Shown here: piece after piece, positions 21,410 to 32,141 of the stretch
Position numbering within the stretch: position 1 is the first letter of the stretch
Layout of the letters: each line of letters starts with the position of its first letter
Source: Bdellovibrionales bacterium
Lineage (GTDB): Bacteria; Bdellovibrionota; Bdellovibrionia; Bdellovibrionales; JAUICD01
Length of the DNA stretch: 64,000 nt
Assembly (NCBI GenBank): GCA_965197425.1
Contig: CBDANC010000014.1
Coordinates: 128,001 to 192,000 of the forward strand
Reading direction: 5' to 3'
Position numbers and translations under genes: made by a program
The notes under the pieces: generated by a model
What the model was told of the DNA's origin: nothing
The model's input: only the letters and a program-made list of their open reading frames with translations
Database searches by the model: none

Positions 21410-22111
21410 ATGAATTACAAAGTACAAAGCCACAACCACATAAAGTTATGTAAAAATAACTCCGATAAGGCGGTAATCATGGGGAAAAATAAAAAGAGCA
21501 TAAAATACACAGTAAGAGCAGTGGCAGCAGGGCTTTATACACTCTTACTGGTGGTTGGGTATCAAAACTGCTCCCTATATCAAAGCAAAATAGACACAGG
21601 AAAGGGAGGAGGAACATCACAAAACCCTGGGGACGACGGAGATAACAATAACAACGGTACTAGTAGAAGTAACTGCCAAATTATATCCCTATCTGATGGA
21701 GGAACAAAAACTGTACCAAACCACACATTCTCATGGATAGTAACAGAGCCAGATTGTATTGTGGAAGCCAAGCTAAACAATGGTAGTTGGCAGGTTTGTG
21801 ACTCACAAAATGCATATGGCTGTAAAGTTTCATTCATCTTACAACACAATTTTTCTATAGATCAATACGGCACACATACCTTAGATGTTAGAACTTATAC
21901 ATCTGAAGGTAATATACTTGATCTTGGGCAAGCCACTGTAACCATACAAAGACCACTAAATTGTGAATCATATCAAGAATGCGAACAGAGTCGGACGAAT
22001 CGCTTTCAGACACATTGTACTTGTGAGCCAAGCAATAATAATGGACATACTTGCTATAGCCTGTCATGCAACGGTAACCCTATAGATGACGAAGGACCAA
22101 CAGAACGGTAA
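21410..22111 (+). CDS. Cys-containing lipoprotein (likely start 21479)
   Basis: VVGYQNC signal; Ig-like and Cys-rich segments. Confidence 0.65.
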   Translation: MNYKVQSHNHIKLCKNNSDKAVIMGKNKKSIKYTVRAVAAGLYTLLLVVGYQNCSLYQSKIDTGKGGGTSQNPGDDGDNNNNGTSRSNCQIISLSDGGTKTVPNHTFSWIVTEPDCIVEAKLNNGSWQVCDSQNAYGCKVSFILQHNFSIDQYGTHTLDVRTYTSEGNILDLGQATVTIQRPLNCESYQECEQSRTNRFQTHCTCEPSNNNGHTCYSLSCNGNPIDDEGPTER

Positions 22112-22121
22112 TAAATGAAAA

Positions 22122-24251
22122 GTGAGAAAAAGTAAAAAGAGTCAAAGAAACAAAAGATTTAAAAAAAGCAAAACTTCCTCAGCTTTAGAAAATTTAGATA
22201 CAGACAAATACCTTGATAGAGAAATATCTTTTCTAGAATTTCAACTAAGAGTCTTAGAACAAGCCAAAGATAAAAGAATACCCATACTAGAAAGACTGAA
22301 ATTTTTGAATATTTTTAGCAACAACCTGGACGAATTCTTTATGAAAGATGTTGCTAGCTCTAAATTTTTAGAACTTAGCGATAGCACAAATTCCTATACT
22401 AAAATCAGGATGAAAATAATAAGAAAAAATGTTTCAAGCATGCTAAACCAAGCAAGTAGTTGTTTTGAAAATGACATAGCACTAGAACTAAAAAAACACA
22501 ATTTAGAAATAGCTACTTGGAATTCATTAGATGAAAAAGAAAAAAAATATCTTTCAAATTTATTTTCTCAAAGTATATTTCCTGTACTAACACCTCTTGC
22601 AGTTGATTCTGCACACCCCTTTCCACATATATCAAACTTATCAGTGTCATTAGCCGTGTCGCTGCGACACCCAGACAAAAAAAAGGAAATTCTGTTTTCC
22701 AGAGTTAAAATACCAAACATTCTACCATCTTGGTATTGCATAAACCCAGACGATACTAGCAAAAAACAAAAATGGATATCTACAAAAAATATAGTTCAAG
22801 CTCACCTACACTTACTTTTTCCTAAAATGGAAATTTTAAATAGTATGCTATTTAAGGTAACCAGAAATATAGAACTGGAAAAAGACGATGCTCACGCAGA
22901 TGATATCCTATCAATGATTGAAGAGGAATTACACGAAAGGAAGTTTGGTGAAGTTGTAAAACTAGAACATGGTGAGAACAAAGATGAATGGCTTATTAAT
23001 TTTCTGATAGAAGAGCTAGAAATTACTAAAGAGGATGTATTTGAAAATAAAAGTGACAATGTACTAGTTGGGTTCAAATCTATTCTAAAAGCAGAACACG
23101 ATAGCAACATGGTATTTGCACCATGGACACCCTTAACAAGCCATGAACTATCAAATGAAACAGCAAGTATTTTCTCCATAATAAGAAAACAAGATCTTTT
23201 ATTACATCATCCATATGAGAGCTACAGCTCCAGTGTAGAAAGATTTATATATGATGCAGCCAGAGATCCAAGGGTACTAATTATAAAAATGACACTTTAT
23301 AGAACAAATGAAGAAAGCTCTCTCATTCGCTCGCTCATAAGAGCAGTACAACTAGGAAAACAGGTTGTGGTGCTAGTTGAATTAAAAGCTAGGTTTGATG
23401 AAGAAAGAAACATATCTTGGGCCAAAAAACTAGAAGAGTATGGAATACATATTGTATATGGAATTGTAGGACTTAAAACACACAGTAAAACAGCTTTAGT
23501 TGTCAGAAAAGAATACGATTTACTGAAGTCCTATGCACATATAGGAACAGGTAATTATCACTCGCAAACCGCTAAGCTCTACACAGATTTTAGCCTTCTT
23601 ACTGCTAACAAAAAAATTACAAAGGATTTAACAGAGTTTTTTCACTTCTTAACAGGCAGATCTCTTCAAACAAATTATTTACACCTATTAGTAGCACCTG
23701 TAAATATGAAACAAAAATTTATAAAGTTAATAGATAATGAAATTGCTAATGCAAAAAAAGGCCTGCCTGCCCATATTATGCTGAAAATAAACAATATAGA
23801 ATACCTGGAAATGTGTCAAAAACTCTATGAGGCCTCAACTGCAGGTGTAAAAGTTGATATTTTGGCTAGAACAATATGCGCACTAAAACCAGGAATTAAA
23901 GGGTTAAGTGAAAATATAACCGTATATAGTATTGTCGATAGATTCTTAGAACATTCTAGACTTTATATTTTTGCAGATGGATCTAAACATTATGCCGATC
24001 ACAGGATATATATTGGATCAGCTGATTGGATGTACAGAAATCTACAAAATAGGATAGAAATGGCATGTCCTATCTTTGATGAAAGAAATAAACTGAAGTG
24101 CATAGAGAGCTTTAATATTATGCTAAAGGCAACAAATCAAAGATGGACACTTAATGCCGATGGCACCTATAAAAGAACAACTAACACAAACAATGAAGAA
24201 AGTGCTCAAGCACAACTAATGAAATTATATAAGAAGCAGCACAAACGTTAA
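22122..24251 (+). CDS. ppk1: polyphosphate kinase 1
   Basis: NLDEFFM, HPFPHISN, LHHPYES, GLKTHSK, RFLEHSR, GSADWM. Confidence 0.96.
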   Translation: MRKSKKSQRNKRFKKSKTSSALENLDTDKYLDREISFLEFQLRVLEQAKDKRIPILERLKFLNIFSNNLDEFFMKDVASSKFLELSDSTNSYTKIRMKIIRKNVSSMLNQASSCFENDIALELKKHNLEIATWNSLDEKEKKYLSNLFSQSIFPVLTPLAVDSAHPFPHISNLSVSLAVSLRHPDKKKEILFSRVKIPNILPSWYCINPDDTSKKQKWISTKNIVQAHLHLLFPKMEILNSMLFKVTRNIELEKDDAHADDILSMIEEELHERKFGEVVKLEHGENKDEWLINFLIEELEITKEDVFENKSDNVLVGFKSILKAEHDSNMVFAPWTPLTSHELSNETASIFSIIRKQDLLLHHPYESYSSSVERFIYDAARDPRVLIIKMTLYRTNEESSLIRSLIRAVQLGKQVVVLVELKARFDEERNISWAKKLEEYGIHIVYGIVGLKTHSKTALVVRKEYDLLKSYAHIGTGNYHSQTAKLYTDFSLLTANKKITKDLTEFFHFLTGRSLQTNYLHLLVAPVNMKQKFIKLIDNEIANAKKGLPAHIMLKINNIEYLEMCQKLYEASTAGVKVDILARTICALKPGIKGLSENITVYSIVDRFLEHSRLYIFADGSKHYADHRIYIGSADWMYRNLQNRIEMACPIFDERNKLKCIESFNIMLKATNQRWTLNADGTYKRTTNTNNEESAQAQLMKLYKKQHKR

Positions 24252-24509
24252 AGATTATTTATGCTTTTCTCGGGGATACTTGCTAAGCATACAACTACAT
24301 TTTTTGCTACATAAATAATAAAAATTACATTGAAGGAGGGATAGGTTATATTTTCCAGTAAGAATGATGTACAATGACCGTAAATCGTTGCTGGTATAAT
24401 ATAAAAAAATCAACTCTCTTACAGTAATTAGATATAGCACCTTTCACAAATAACAAGTAAGTATATTGGTATCTTTTCGTTAAGGTGAATTTAATATGAG
24501 GAAAAAATT

Positions 24510-25421
24510 ATGAGATTTACAAAGTACATAATATGTCTAGCAATTGTTCTTTCATCACAAGCATTTTGTTCACAAGCACTAGGTATGGGTTGTACAGAAG
24601 CCCTCAGTACTAAAGACATGAACTATAACTATTCAGAGGAGCTGGCCAATGCAATCGTAAATAACGATATAGAAGCATTAGGGGAATTTTCAGACAACGA
24701 CCCATATAACATATCGTATATGATTGTTTATGACCTTGATCTCTTTCCTGATTTGATTAAACAAAACCTTAAATCGTTTAGAATAGGATTTCTCACTGCA
24801 AGCACATTTAAACCATCTCTTAATAAAGCACAAAGAAAAGAGTTCTATGATTTTATATCAACATTGAAACCACTTAATACTCGTAAGGATCATCCAAATT
24901 ACCTGCGTAACTTAGATGGAACGATTTCATCATATACATATTCACAAGATAGTTCTTTTGTTATAACTGTTCTTGAGCTGGCAGTTGCGTTACATGGACC
25001 AAACAGTAAAATTGTAACTTTTCTTATTGGTCTTGATTACAATAATGGATATCACAATGTGTACGATTCGATTCCTCCACAAAGTTTAAATGAAAACGAA
25101 GCATCTTCATTGTTGCTAACAGCACTTGAAAAAGAAAATTTTAGATTATCACATGTTTTAGAAGCGATTACTCCTAATTGGCATAGCCTTAAAAGATCTT
25201 ATTTTTTTAGAAAACACATTGATTACGGAGCTTGGGAATTCCTAGATCAGGATCTCAAAGATAATATTGAAGTCTCTCTTGATGATCTTGCTTACGCATT
25301 TGCTTCAAAAAATCCAGAAGTTATTGAGATATTCTGGAAAAACAGAGATAAGAATGACTCACTTGTAAAACTACGTACCCAGTTAGAAGCATTTAGACAA
25401 GAATGGAATAATTACAAATAA
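24510..25421 (+). CDS. secreted hypothetical protein
   Basis: Signal-peptide-like N-terminus; SD GAGG. Confidence 0.6.
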   Translation: MRFTKYIICLAIVLSSQAFCSQALGMGCTEALSTKDMNYNYSEELANAIVNNDIEALGEFSDNDPYNISYMIVYDLDLFPDLIKQNLKSFRIGFLTASTFKPSLNKAQRKEFYDFISTLKPLNTRKDHPNYLRNLDGTISSYTYSQDSSFVITVLELAVALHGPNSKIVTFLIGLDYNNGYHNVYDSIPPQSLNENEASSLLLTALEKENFRLSHVLEAITPNWHSLKRSYFFRKHIDYGAWEFLDQDLKDNIEVSLDDLAYAFASKNPEVIEIFWKNRDKNDSLVKLRTQLEAFRQEWNNYK

Positions 25422-25643
25422 TAAAGCATTCCAAAAGATAAGGAATAACCCTTCTTTGTAGCAGTCACACTTAGTTGGTCTAGTGACAAATTTCAGTAAC
25501 AAAATTCCTATTCCTATCAGGTACTTATACCATTATAGCTAGGCACTGTGGCAACTGACTAAACCCATTTTTATGCTTTAATTTTGTGAGAATTTACCGA
25601 TATGTACTTATGGTAACGGATTGGTTATAAGTAGGAGATAAAG

Positions 25644-26060
25644 GTGTCTAGTTCTAAGATATTTATTGAAAGTGATGACGAGTTAGCTATAAAAAAGGCC
25701 AAAAAATGGGGAACTTCTAATGGCTTTGAAGTTGTTGTAAGCAGAAAAACAGAAACTGAAGAAACAAAAGACGGTAACTCTGGGTTAGAACTCCCTGAAG
25801 GAGCAACAACCGTGCTAACACACAAATTGGCAAATAACATTATAAATATACCATCAAATGGTGAAAACGATATAGTAAAACTACACGATGTCACCAGAGT
25901 TGCACTGGAATCTGCACTTAAGAAAACGAACGGGAACATAATGGCAACTTCTAAAGCATTGGGTATGGGAAGAGCAACAGTATATAGAAAAATAAGAATC
26001 TACAACATAGACAAATCATTTTACAGAAGAGAAAAACTCAGCTGGAAAAAAGCAGCTTAG
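25644..26060 (+). CDS. Fis-type HTH (HTH_8) regulator
   Basis: ALKKTNGNIMATSKALGMGRATVYRKI. Confidence 0.8.
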   Translation: MSSSKIFIESDDELAIKKAKKWGTSNGFEVVVSRKTETEETKDGNSGLELPEGATTVLTHKLANNIINIPSNGENDIVKLHDVTRVALESALKKTNGNIMATSKALGMGRATVYRKIRIYNIDKSFYRREKLSWKKAA

Positions 26061-26121
26061 CTTAAGGTTTTTTCATAGTTTATACCATTTAAACTTAACA
26101 ATTAAGACTTAAGCTAAATAA

Positions 26122-26439
26122 TTAAGTTTCTTTTTGATCTTTTTTATAAATAATTTTTCCCCAGTCATCTACATACTTTTTCACTGTAGGACAATCAATT
26201 TTTTCATAAATAGTTATGTCAAATAAATGTGGGCAGTCTATATCCTCAAGCTTAGATATCAAAGGTTTAACAGTGTTTTCAACACTTAGATCTTTTCCTA
26301 ATAGAGCAATATCAATATCTGAATCATCTCTATAATTGCCCTTAGCTCTTGAACCATAAAGTAAAGCTTCATCTATTTTAGGAAAAATTGATAATACAGC
26401 TTGTACTTCATTTATAATTTTGTCACTCAACCCAAACAT
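26122..26439 (-). CDS. minimal nucleotidyltransferase (MNT/MntA-like)
   Basis: LYGSRAKG...DSDIDI. Confidence 0.85.
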   Translation of the reverse strand: MFGLSDKIINEVQAVLSIFPKIDEALLYGSRAKGNYRDDSDIDIALLGKDLSVENTVKPLISKLEDIDCPHLFDITIYEKIDCPTVKKYVDDWGKIIYKKDQKET

Positions 26440-26538
26440 TAAATTTCAACCATATTTATTACTAACAACAATATTATAATTAGATATACGCAAGTATCAA
26501 TATGTTTCAAGACTCAATCGACAAGATAAAATGGGGGT

Positions 26539-26631
26539 GGACTTTTTGGGAGTACAGGTATAAAAAGTTTGGACTTTTTTGGAGTCTATTCCCAAAAAGT
26601 CCTTGCTACCTAGAGGGTTTTCTAATATAAT
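26539..26631 (+). promoter_or_regulatory. operator-like repeats and sigma70 promoter of AAA_14 gene
   Basis: 13-bp inverted repeat GGACTTTTTGGGA/TCCCAAAAAGTCC; TTGCTA-17-TATAAT, 6 nt before ATG. Confidence 0.65.
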
Positions 26632-26637
26632 GAACAC

Positions 26638-27774
26638 ATGAAAATAAAAAGATCCTTACTACCTAGCCTAAAGAAATATCTAAACAAAAAGATCTTACTT
26701 ATCAGTGGGCCTAGGCAAGGTGGAAAAACAACCCTTGCGAGAATGATCTCTCAAGACCATGACTATATCAATTATGACAATGTAAAAGACCGCCTTATTT
26801 TAAATGTACAATCATGGGACCGCTCAAAGCAATATATAATTTTTGATGAACTTCACAAAAAAGATAAATGGAAAAGTTGGTTGAAAGGAGTTTTTGACAG
26901 CGAAGGAATTCCACCAGGAATTGTTGTCACCGGAAGTGCCAGAATGGATATTTATAAAAAAGTAGGTGATTCAATGGCAGGAAGATTTTTTTCTTTTCAT
27001 CTTTTTCCACTAGATTTAAAAGAGCTATACGACAAAAAAGTTAAAAACAATACTGAGCAAACCATGGACAAACTTCTACAATATAGCGGTTTTCCAGAAC
27101 CCTACATAGAAGCCAAGAAAACCTTTTACAGATTATGGGAAAAAACACACATAGATACTATAATCAGAAATGATCTAATCGAACTAGAAAGTCCAAAACA
27201 TATTAAAAAGATCGAAACCTTAATAGAGCTATTAAAAGAATCAATAGGAAACCCTCTCTCATCAGCCGGACTTGCAAACCAATTAGAATGCTCTCCAAAA
27301 ACCGTAGATAATTGGCTTAGGTGGTTGGAAGAGCTATATATTATATTCAGAGTTACTCCCTACAGCCAAAGTATTCCAAAAAGCCTTAAGAAAATGTCAA
27401 AATATTATTTCTATAATTGGGCCTTAGCTAAACACAAAGGAGCTTTGCTGGAGAACTTCGTGGCATGCTCTCTTCTTAAAGAGAATTATTTTAGACAAGA
27501 TACAACAGGAGAAACCAGAGGGCTAAATTACCTAAGAACCAAAGATAAACAAGAGATAGATTTTGTACTCACCAAAAACGGTAAGCCTGTGTCTTTATTA
27601 GAGTCAAAATGGTCGGATAATAACCTACATCCACCATTAAAAACATTGTCCAGAAACTTAAAAAATATTCCTAAAATTCAACTAGTCAAAGAATTAGACA
27701 GAGAAAAAACTTTCAAAGGAGGGTTTGAAATCAGAAGAGCATCAAAGTGGTTGGCTAAAATGCCGTATCTATAA
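26638..27774 (+). CDS. AAA_14 ATPase with DUF4143 domain
   Basis: GPRQGGKT, IFDELH, VTGSA, SGFPEP, EIDFV..ESK. Confidence 0.88.
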   Translation: MKIKRSLLPSLKKYLNKKILLISGPRQGGKTTLARMISQDHDYINYDNVKDRLILNVQSWDRSKQYIIFDELHKKDKWKSWLKGVFDSEGIPPGIVVTGSARMDIYKKVGDSMAGRFFSFHLFPLDLKELYDKKVKNNTEQTMDKLLQYSGFPEPYIEAKKTFYRLWEKTHIDTIIRNDLIELESPKHIKKIETLIELLKESIGNPLSSAGLANQLECSPKTVDNWLRWLEELYIIFRVTPYSQSIPKSLKKMSKYYFYNWALAKHKGALLENFVACSLLKENYFRQDTTGETRGLNYLRTKDKQEIDFVLTKNGKPVSLLESKWSDNNLHPPLKTLSRNLKNIPKIQLVKELDREKTFKGGFEIRRASKWLAKMPYL

Positions 27775-27802
27775 AATAAAAGTATTCACTGAAACTGAAA
27801 AG

Positions 27803-28369
27803 TTATTGTGAAGAAAGTAAATCTTGAAACTCTCTCAATACTGCTGGATGAGTCCAGTCAAAACTTGATGCGACTTTTTTAATTAACTTATGCGACTTAT
27901 CTAAAATATAACTCTCTGGAATTCTATCTGTACCCCAAACTTTTGAAACACTAAGATCACTATCTTGTAATACGTAAAGCCCCTTAGCACCAGCTCCACC
28001 AAAAGCATTTACAAAATCAACTATATCACCCTTTTCTTCATCTATAGAAACAGCTACAATTTTGACCTCTCCATTAAAATGTTCCAAAAACTTCAACATA
28101 GACGGAAACTCGTCAATACAAGGGCTGCACCAAGAGGCCCAAAAATTAACAATCACAGCATTACCCAAAAGATCAGACAATACAAAAGGATTGCCATCAA
28201 TATCAGTTAATTCAATAGGAAAAGCTCCGTCCTTTTCCATCTTATCTATTTTTTCAGTTGAGTGCTCTGGATTAGAACCATGAAAAAAAGAATTAACACT
28301 AAAGCCAAGAAAAATAAACACCCCCGATGCTATCACAACAGTAATAAAACCTCTAGAGGCACTATTCAT
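27803..28369 (-). CDS. TlpA/ResA family disulfide reductase
   Basis: VNFWASWCSPC; N-terminal TM. Confidence 0.88.
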   Translation of the reverse strand: MNSASRGFITVVIASGVFIFLGFSVNSFFHGSNPEHSTEKIDKMEKDGAFPIELTDIDGNPFVLSDLLGNAVIVNFWASWCSPCIDEFPSMLKFLEHFNGEVKIVAVSIDEEKGDIVDFVNAFGGAGAKGLYVLQDSDLSVSKVWGTDRIPESYILDKSHKLIKKVASSFDWTHPAVLREFQDLLSSQ

Positions 28370-28374
28370 AGTAC

Positions 28375-29190
28375 TTAACTTTTCTTTTTGCCTTTACCAC
28401 CAAATATAGATGGCCTTTTAAAACCAAACTTAGAACGACCGGAAGTCTTAGTCTTAGCTGCCTTATCAACCTTGGCTTCCTTACTTGTAGCTTCCTTACC
28501 TTTAACTTCCTTAGATTTGGTACTTTTGCGCTTGGCGGCACCTTTGCTCTTAGCAGTAACTGTACTCTTAGTTCCTTTTGAAGTGGCTTTTTGTTTTGTA
28601 GCTTGCTGTTTTTTACCCTTCGTATCTTTTGATTTAGTTTCTTTAGGCTTATCACTCTTACTCTGAGTCTTTTTAACTCTCTTTGCTTTCTTTTTAGCTA
28701 TTAACTGGGCTTTTCTAGATTTATTCTTTTTAGTAGAACCCTTCTTTTTTACCTCTTCATTCTCTGAAGCTTCTTTCTTAGATACTTCTTCTTTCTTTGG
28801 TTTGTCTGCCTTAACCAAACCTTTACTCACGCCTGAGTAATCTACCCATTCTATGAAAGCCATTTGGGCATTATCACCAAGCCTGTTTCCAATCTTGATA
28901 ATTCTGGTATAACCACCATCTCTGTCTTTAAATTTCTGGCTTAGGCTATCTACAACTTCTGAAACCATCTTTTTGTTAGGATACTTAGACAACAAAATCC
29001 TAACAGAGCTTAAACCACCACGTTTACCTATAGTAATAGCCCTGTCAGCATGCCTACGAAGCTCTTTAGCCTTTTGCAAAGTTGTTTTAATTCTTCCATG
29101 CTCAACTAAAGATATAACTAAGTTCCTAATAAGAGCTTTTTTGTGATTAAAATCTCTTCCAAAATTTTTTCTGTTAGCTCTGTGTCTCAC
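28375..29190 (-). CDS. rplQ: 50S ribosomal protein L17 with long Lys-rich tail
   Basis: MRH, GRIKTT, GGYTRIIK. Confidence 0.95.
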   Translation of the reverse strand: MRHRANRKNFGRDFNHKKALIRNLVISLVEHGRIKTTLQKAKELRRHADRAITIGKRGGLSSVRILLSKYPNKKMVSEVVDSLSQKFKDRDGGYTRIIKIGNRLGDNAQMAFIEWVDYSGVSKGLVKADKPKKEEVSKKEASENEEVKKKGSTKKNKSRKAQLIAKKKAKRVKKTQSKSDKPKETKSKDTKGKKQQATKQKATSKGTKSTVTAKSKGAAKRKSTKSKEVKGKEATSKEAKVDKAAKTKTSGRSKFGFKRPSIFGGKGKKKS

Positions 29191-29193
29191 AAA

Positions 29194-30207
29194 CTACTTC
29201 TTCCTTTCTTCCCAGTCAGCAGGAGGCCAACCTTCTATGTTCATACCAAGACCCAAATCCATTTCTGTTAGTATTTCCTTAATTTCATTTAAAGATTTTC
29301 TACCAAAATTCTTAGTCTTCAACATCTCAGCTTCCGATCTAGTAACCAACTCACCTATATACTGAATGTTAGCATTCTTAAGACAGTTTGCACTTCTAAC
29401 CGAAAGTTCCAAGTCATCAACTGATCTAAACAAGTTTTCATTCAATTTATAATCAACGCTCTTAGACTGTTCTTCATCTGGTTCACTTGTCTCATCAAAG
29501 TTAATAAATACCTGGAACTGCTCTTTTATTATCTTAGAACCCAATGCCAAAGCTTCATCAGGCTTTAAAGAACCATCAGTCCAAACTTCAAAAGTTAATT
29601 GATCATAGTCAGTTCTCTGGCCAACCCTAGCATTGCTCACAGCGTAATTAACCCTTCTTATAGGGGAATACAAACTATCAACCGCTATAAAACCAGGAGG
29701 AATATCAGTTTTTTGTTCAGCAGCAACATAACCTCTGTCAAACTTACAAATGATCTCAGCTTCAAATTTAGCATTTTCACCCAAAGTACATATGTGCTGA
29801 TCAGGATTAACAATCTCTATGTTATGATTTAAATTAATATCAGAAGCCTTAACCTTACCAGGTCCTGACTTTGAAATTGTCAGTGCTTGAGGCTCAGAGT
29901 TGTGCTGCCTAAATCTAACCTCTTTTAAATTAAGAATAATATTAGTAACATCTTCCATAACATCTGGAATATGAGTAAACTCATGCAACACATCTTTAAA
30001 CCTAACGGCAGATACAGCAGAACCCATCATAGAACTTAAAAGAACTCTTCTTAAAGAATTACCCAAAGTAGTTCCATAACCCTGCTCCAGAGGCTTAATT
30101 ACAAATTTACCATAATCACCCTGAAGAGTACTCTTACTAAAAGATTTAGGTCTAATTAAACCTCTCCAAAAATGTGATTGATGATCTTGTATCTCTATCT
30201 TTTCCAT
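29194..30207 (-). CDS. rpoA: RNA polymerase subunit alpha
   Basis: [27 protein letters not shown]. Confidence 0.97.
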   Translation of the reverse strand: MEKIEIQDHQSHFWRGLIRPKSFSKSTLQGDYGKFVIKPLEQGYGTTLGNSLRRVLLSSMMGSAVSAVRFKDVLHEFTHIPDVMEDVTNIILNLKEVRFRQHNSEPQALTISKSGPGKVKASDINLNHNIEIVNPDQHICTLGENAKFEAEIICKFDRGYVAAEQKTDIPPGFIAVDSLYSPIRRVNYAVSNARVGQRTDYDQLTFEVWTDGSLKPDEALALGSKIIKEQFQVFINFDETSEPDEEQSKSVDYKLNENLFRSVDDLELSVRSANCLKNANIQYIGELVTRSEAEMLKTKNFGRKSLNEIKEILTEMDLGLGMNIEGWPPADWEERKK

Positions 30208-30271
30208 CTCTATATCTCCTAAAAATTACTCTCTGTTACTTAATATTCCCTAATACCTAAACATATAACTA

Positions 30272-30895
30272 TTATCTAGAATAAAACTCTACGATCATGT
30301 TCTCTTCAACCTGCAAAGAAACCTCTTCCCTTGAAGGTAACGCCTTGACCTCACCTTGAAACTTGCCGTGATCAGCCACTAACCAAGAAGGCAGTTGTCT
30401 TTTTTTAGAAGACTCAATACCAGCCATTATTTTGATATCTCTCTTCTTCTCCTCCACAACAACCATATCATCAACTTTTAAAACGGCACTTGAAACATTT
30501 GCCCTTTTAGAATTTATACTAAAATGATTGTGAGAGATTAACTGTCTGGCTTCTCTCCTAGAAGAAGCATACCCCAAGGTATAAACCACATTGTCAAATC
30601 GCATCTCTAATTGTCTTAATAAGTTTAATCCAGTATCACCCTTAACTCTGTTTGCATTTTGGTAGTATTTTCGAAATTGGCCCTCTAGCACACCATAATA
30701 TCTTCTAGCCTTCTGCTTCTCTCTCAACTGTAAAGCAAACTCCGAAAATTTCAGCCTTCTCTGACCAGCCTGCCCTGGAGGATAAGATCTTCTCTCATAA
30801 GAACACTTGTCCAAATAACAACGATCTCCCTTGAGAAAAAGCTTCATGCCTTCTCTTCTGCACAATTTACAAGAACTTTCTATAATCTTACTCAT
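30272..30895 (-). CDS. rpsD: 30S ribosomal protein S4
   Basis: CKLCRREG, QLREKQK, IVEFYSR. Confidence 0.97.
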   Translation of the reverse strand: MSKIIESSCKLCRREGMKLFLKGDRCYLDKCSYERRSYPPGQAGQRRLKFSEFALQLREKQKARRYYGVLEGQFRKYYQNANRVKGDTGLNLLRQLEMRFDNVVYTLGYASSRREARQLISHNHFSINSKRANVSSAVLKVDDMVVVEEKKRDIKIMAGIESSKKRQLPSWLVADHGKFQGEVKALPSREEVSLQVEENMIVEFYSR

Positions 30896-31156
30896 AAAGG
30901 TCTTCCTAATGAGGCTAAAAACAAGTGGACTTGTTCACTTTTTTTAGCCGAATGGTTGCCCAGCTCTACACATGTCATCAAACTCATCTCATAAAGGTCT
31001 TCCACAACACTGATTGAACCTGGCAACAAGTTGGCTCTGCCGACTTTTGCCAGGTGAATTACGTTTTGACACAGCCACTTAAAATCTAAAGGCAAACCAA
31101 AACTTTTCAAAGCCTGGTGGTTGTCCAACTCTACACATGTCATTAAATTCATCTCC
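30896..31156. repeat. dispersed repeat, locus F (two full modules between rpsK and rpsD)
   Basis: Mini-ORF 31152..30892 (-) runs through both modules to an ATGA overlap. Confidence 0.92.
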
Positions 31157-31172
31157 TAAATTCTTCTATCTT

Positions 31173-31541
31173 CTAAACTCGTCTACGCTTTGGAGGCCTA
31201 CAACCATTATGTGGTATAGAAGTTATATCCCTAATAGTAGTTACCCTAACACCCATGTTAGCTATACAACGAACCGAAGATTCACGGCCCGCTCCGGGAC
31301 CTTTTACATAAACATCTACAGATTTAAGTCCACTAGCCATTGCTGCCTTTATGGCGTTCTCCGTTGCAACCTGTGCCGCAAAAGGCGTTCCCTTTTTATT
31401 ACCCTTAAATCCCAGTTTTCCCGCACTTGACCAACACAGAGTCTTACCAACCTGATCTGTTATAGTGATAATGGTGTTACTAAAACCAGCCTGAATATAA
31501 GCTCTGCCAGTTACCACATTTTTCTTTTTAACCTTAGCCAT
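31173..31541 (-). CDS. rpsK: 30S ribosomal protein S11
   Basis: [13 protein letters not shown]. Confidence 0.97.
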   Translation of the reverse strand: MAKVKKKNVVTGRAYIQAGFSNTIITITDQVGKTLCWSSAGKLGFKGNKKGTPFAAQVATENAIKAAMASGLKSVDVYVKGPGAGRESSVRCIANMGVRVTTIRDITSIPHNGCRPPKRRRV

Positions 31542-31569
31542 ATTTTACATAACCCCGTCTTAAACTGAC

Positions 31570-31944
31570 CTATATAGCCTTTTTCTTATTAGCTACAGTT
31601 TTCTTTGGCCCCTTTCTAGTTCTACAATTTGTTCTGGTGTTCTGACCGTTAACAGGAAGACCTTTCTTATGTCTCATACCTCTATAACAGTTTAAATCCT
31701 TAAGCCTCTTAATGGACATAGAGACCTCTCTAGATAAATCACCCTCAACCTTATAATCACCCTGAATAGCAGATCTTATTTTGGCCACATCCTGATCTGT
31801 CAGATTGTCTGTTCTAAACGACAGATCAAACCCAAGTTTCTTCACTATGTCATAGGCAGTCTTTCTACCAACGCCATACAAATAAGTTAGAGCCACAACC
31901 AGTCTCTTGTTTTTAGGTAAATCAACACCACTAATTCTAGCCAC
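31570..31944 (-). CDS. rpsM: 30S ribosomal protein S13 (GTG start)
   Basis: [16 protein letters not shown]. Confidence 0.95.
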   Translation of the reverse strand: MARISGVDLPKNKRLVVALTYLYGVGRKTAYDIVKKLGFDLSFRTDNLTDQDVAKIRSAIQGDYKVEGDLSREVSMSIKRLKDLNCYRGMRHKKGLPVNGQNTRTNCRTRKGPKKTVANKKKAI

Positions 31945-31948
31945 TACA

Positions 31949-32062
31949 CTACCCCTGCCTTTGTTTATGTTTGGCATTTGCACAGATAACTCTGACAACA
32001 CCAGCTCGTTTGACTATCTTACACTTATTACACATTTTTTTTACAGATGGTCTAACCTTCAT
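31949..32062 (-). CDS. rpmJ: 50S ribosomal protein L36 (not in ORF track)
   Basis: Manual translation [37 protein letters not shown]. Confidence 0.96.
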   Translation of the reverse strand: MKVRPSVKKMCNKCKIVKRAGVVRVICANAKHKQRQG

Positions 32063-32141
32063 ATATCTACCTCTCTATGTCTCCACCTCAAACTCATACT
32101 CCTATTAAAACAACCCATAAAATAACCAAAAATTTCCTGGC

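Noticed and set aside
28362..28666. Alternative-frame ORFs in the rplQ tail
   Set aside because: Low-complexity shadows
31010..31060. CTGATTGA-stem-GAA as a hammerhead ribozyme
   Set aside because: Core is not CUGANGA...GAAA and no stem I/III; TGATT simply pairs with AATTA
31005..31066. AAC...hairpin...GTT as an integron attC site
   Set aside because: R/L box spacing and RYYYAAC/GTTRRRY consensus not met; flanks core genes; no integrase. Kept only as a structural analogy
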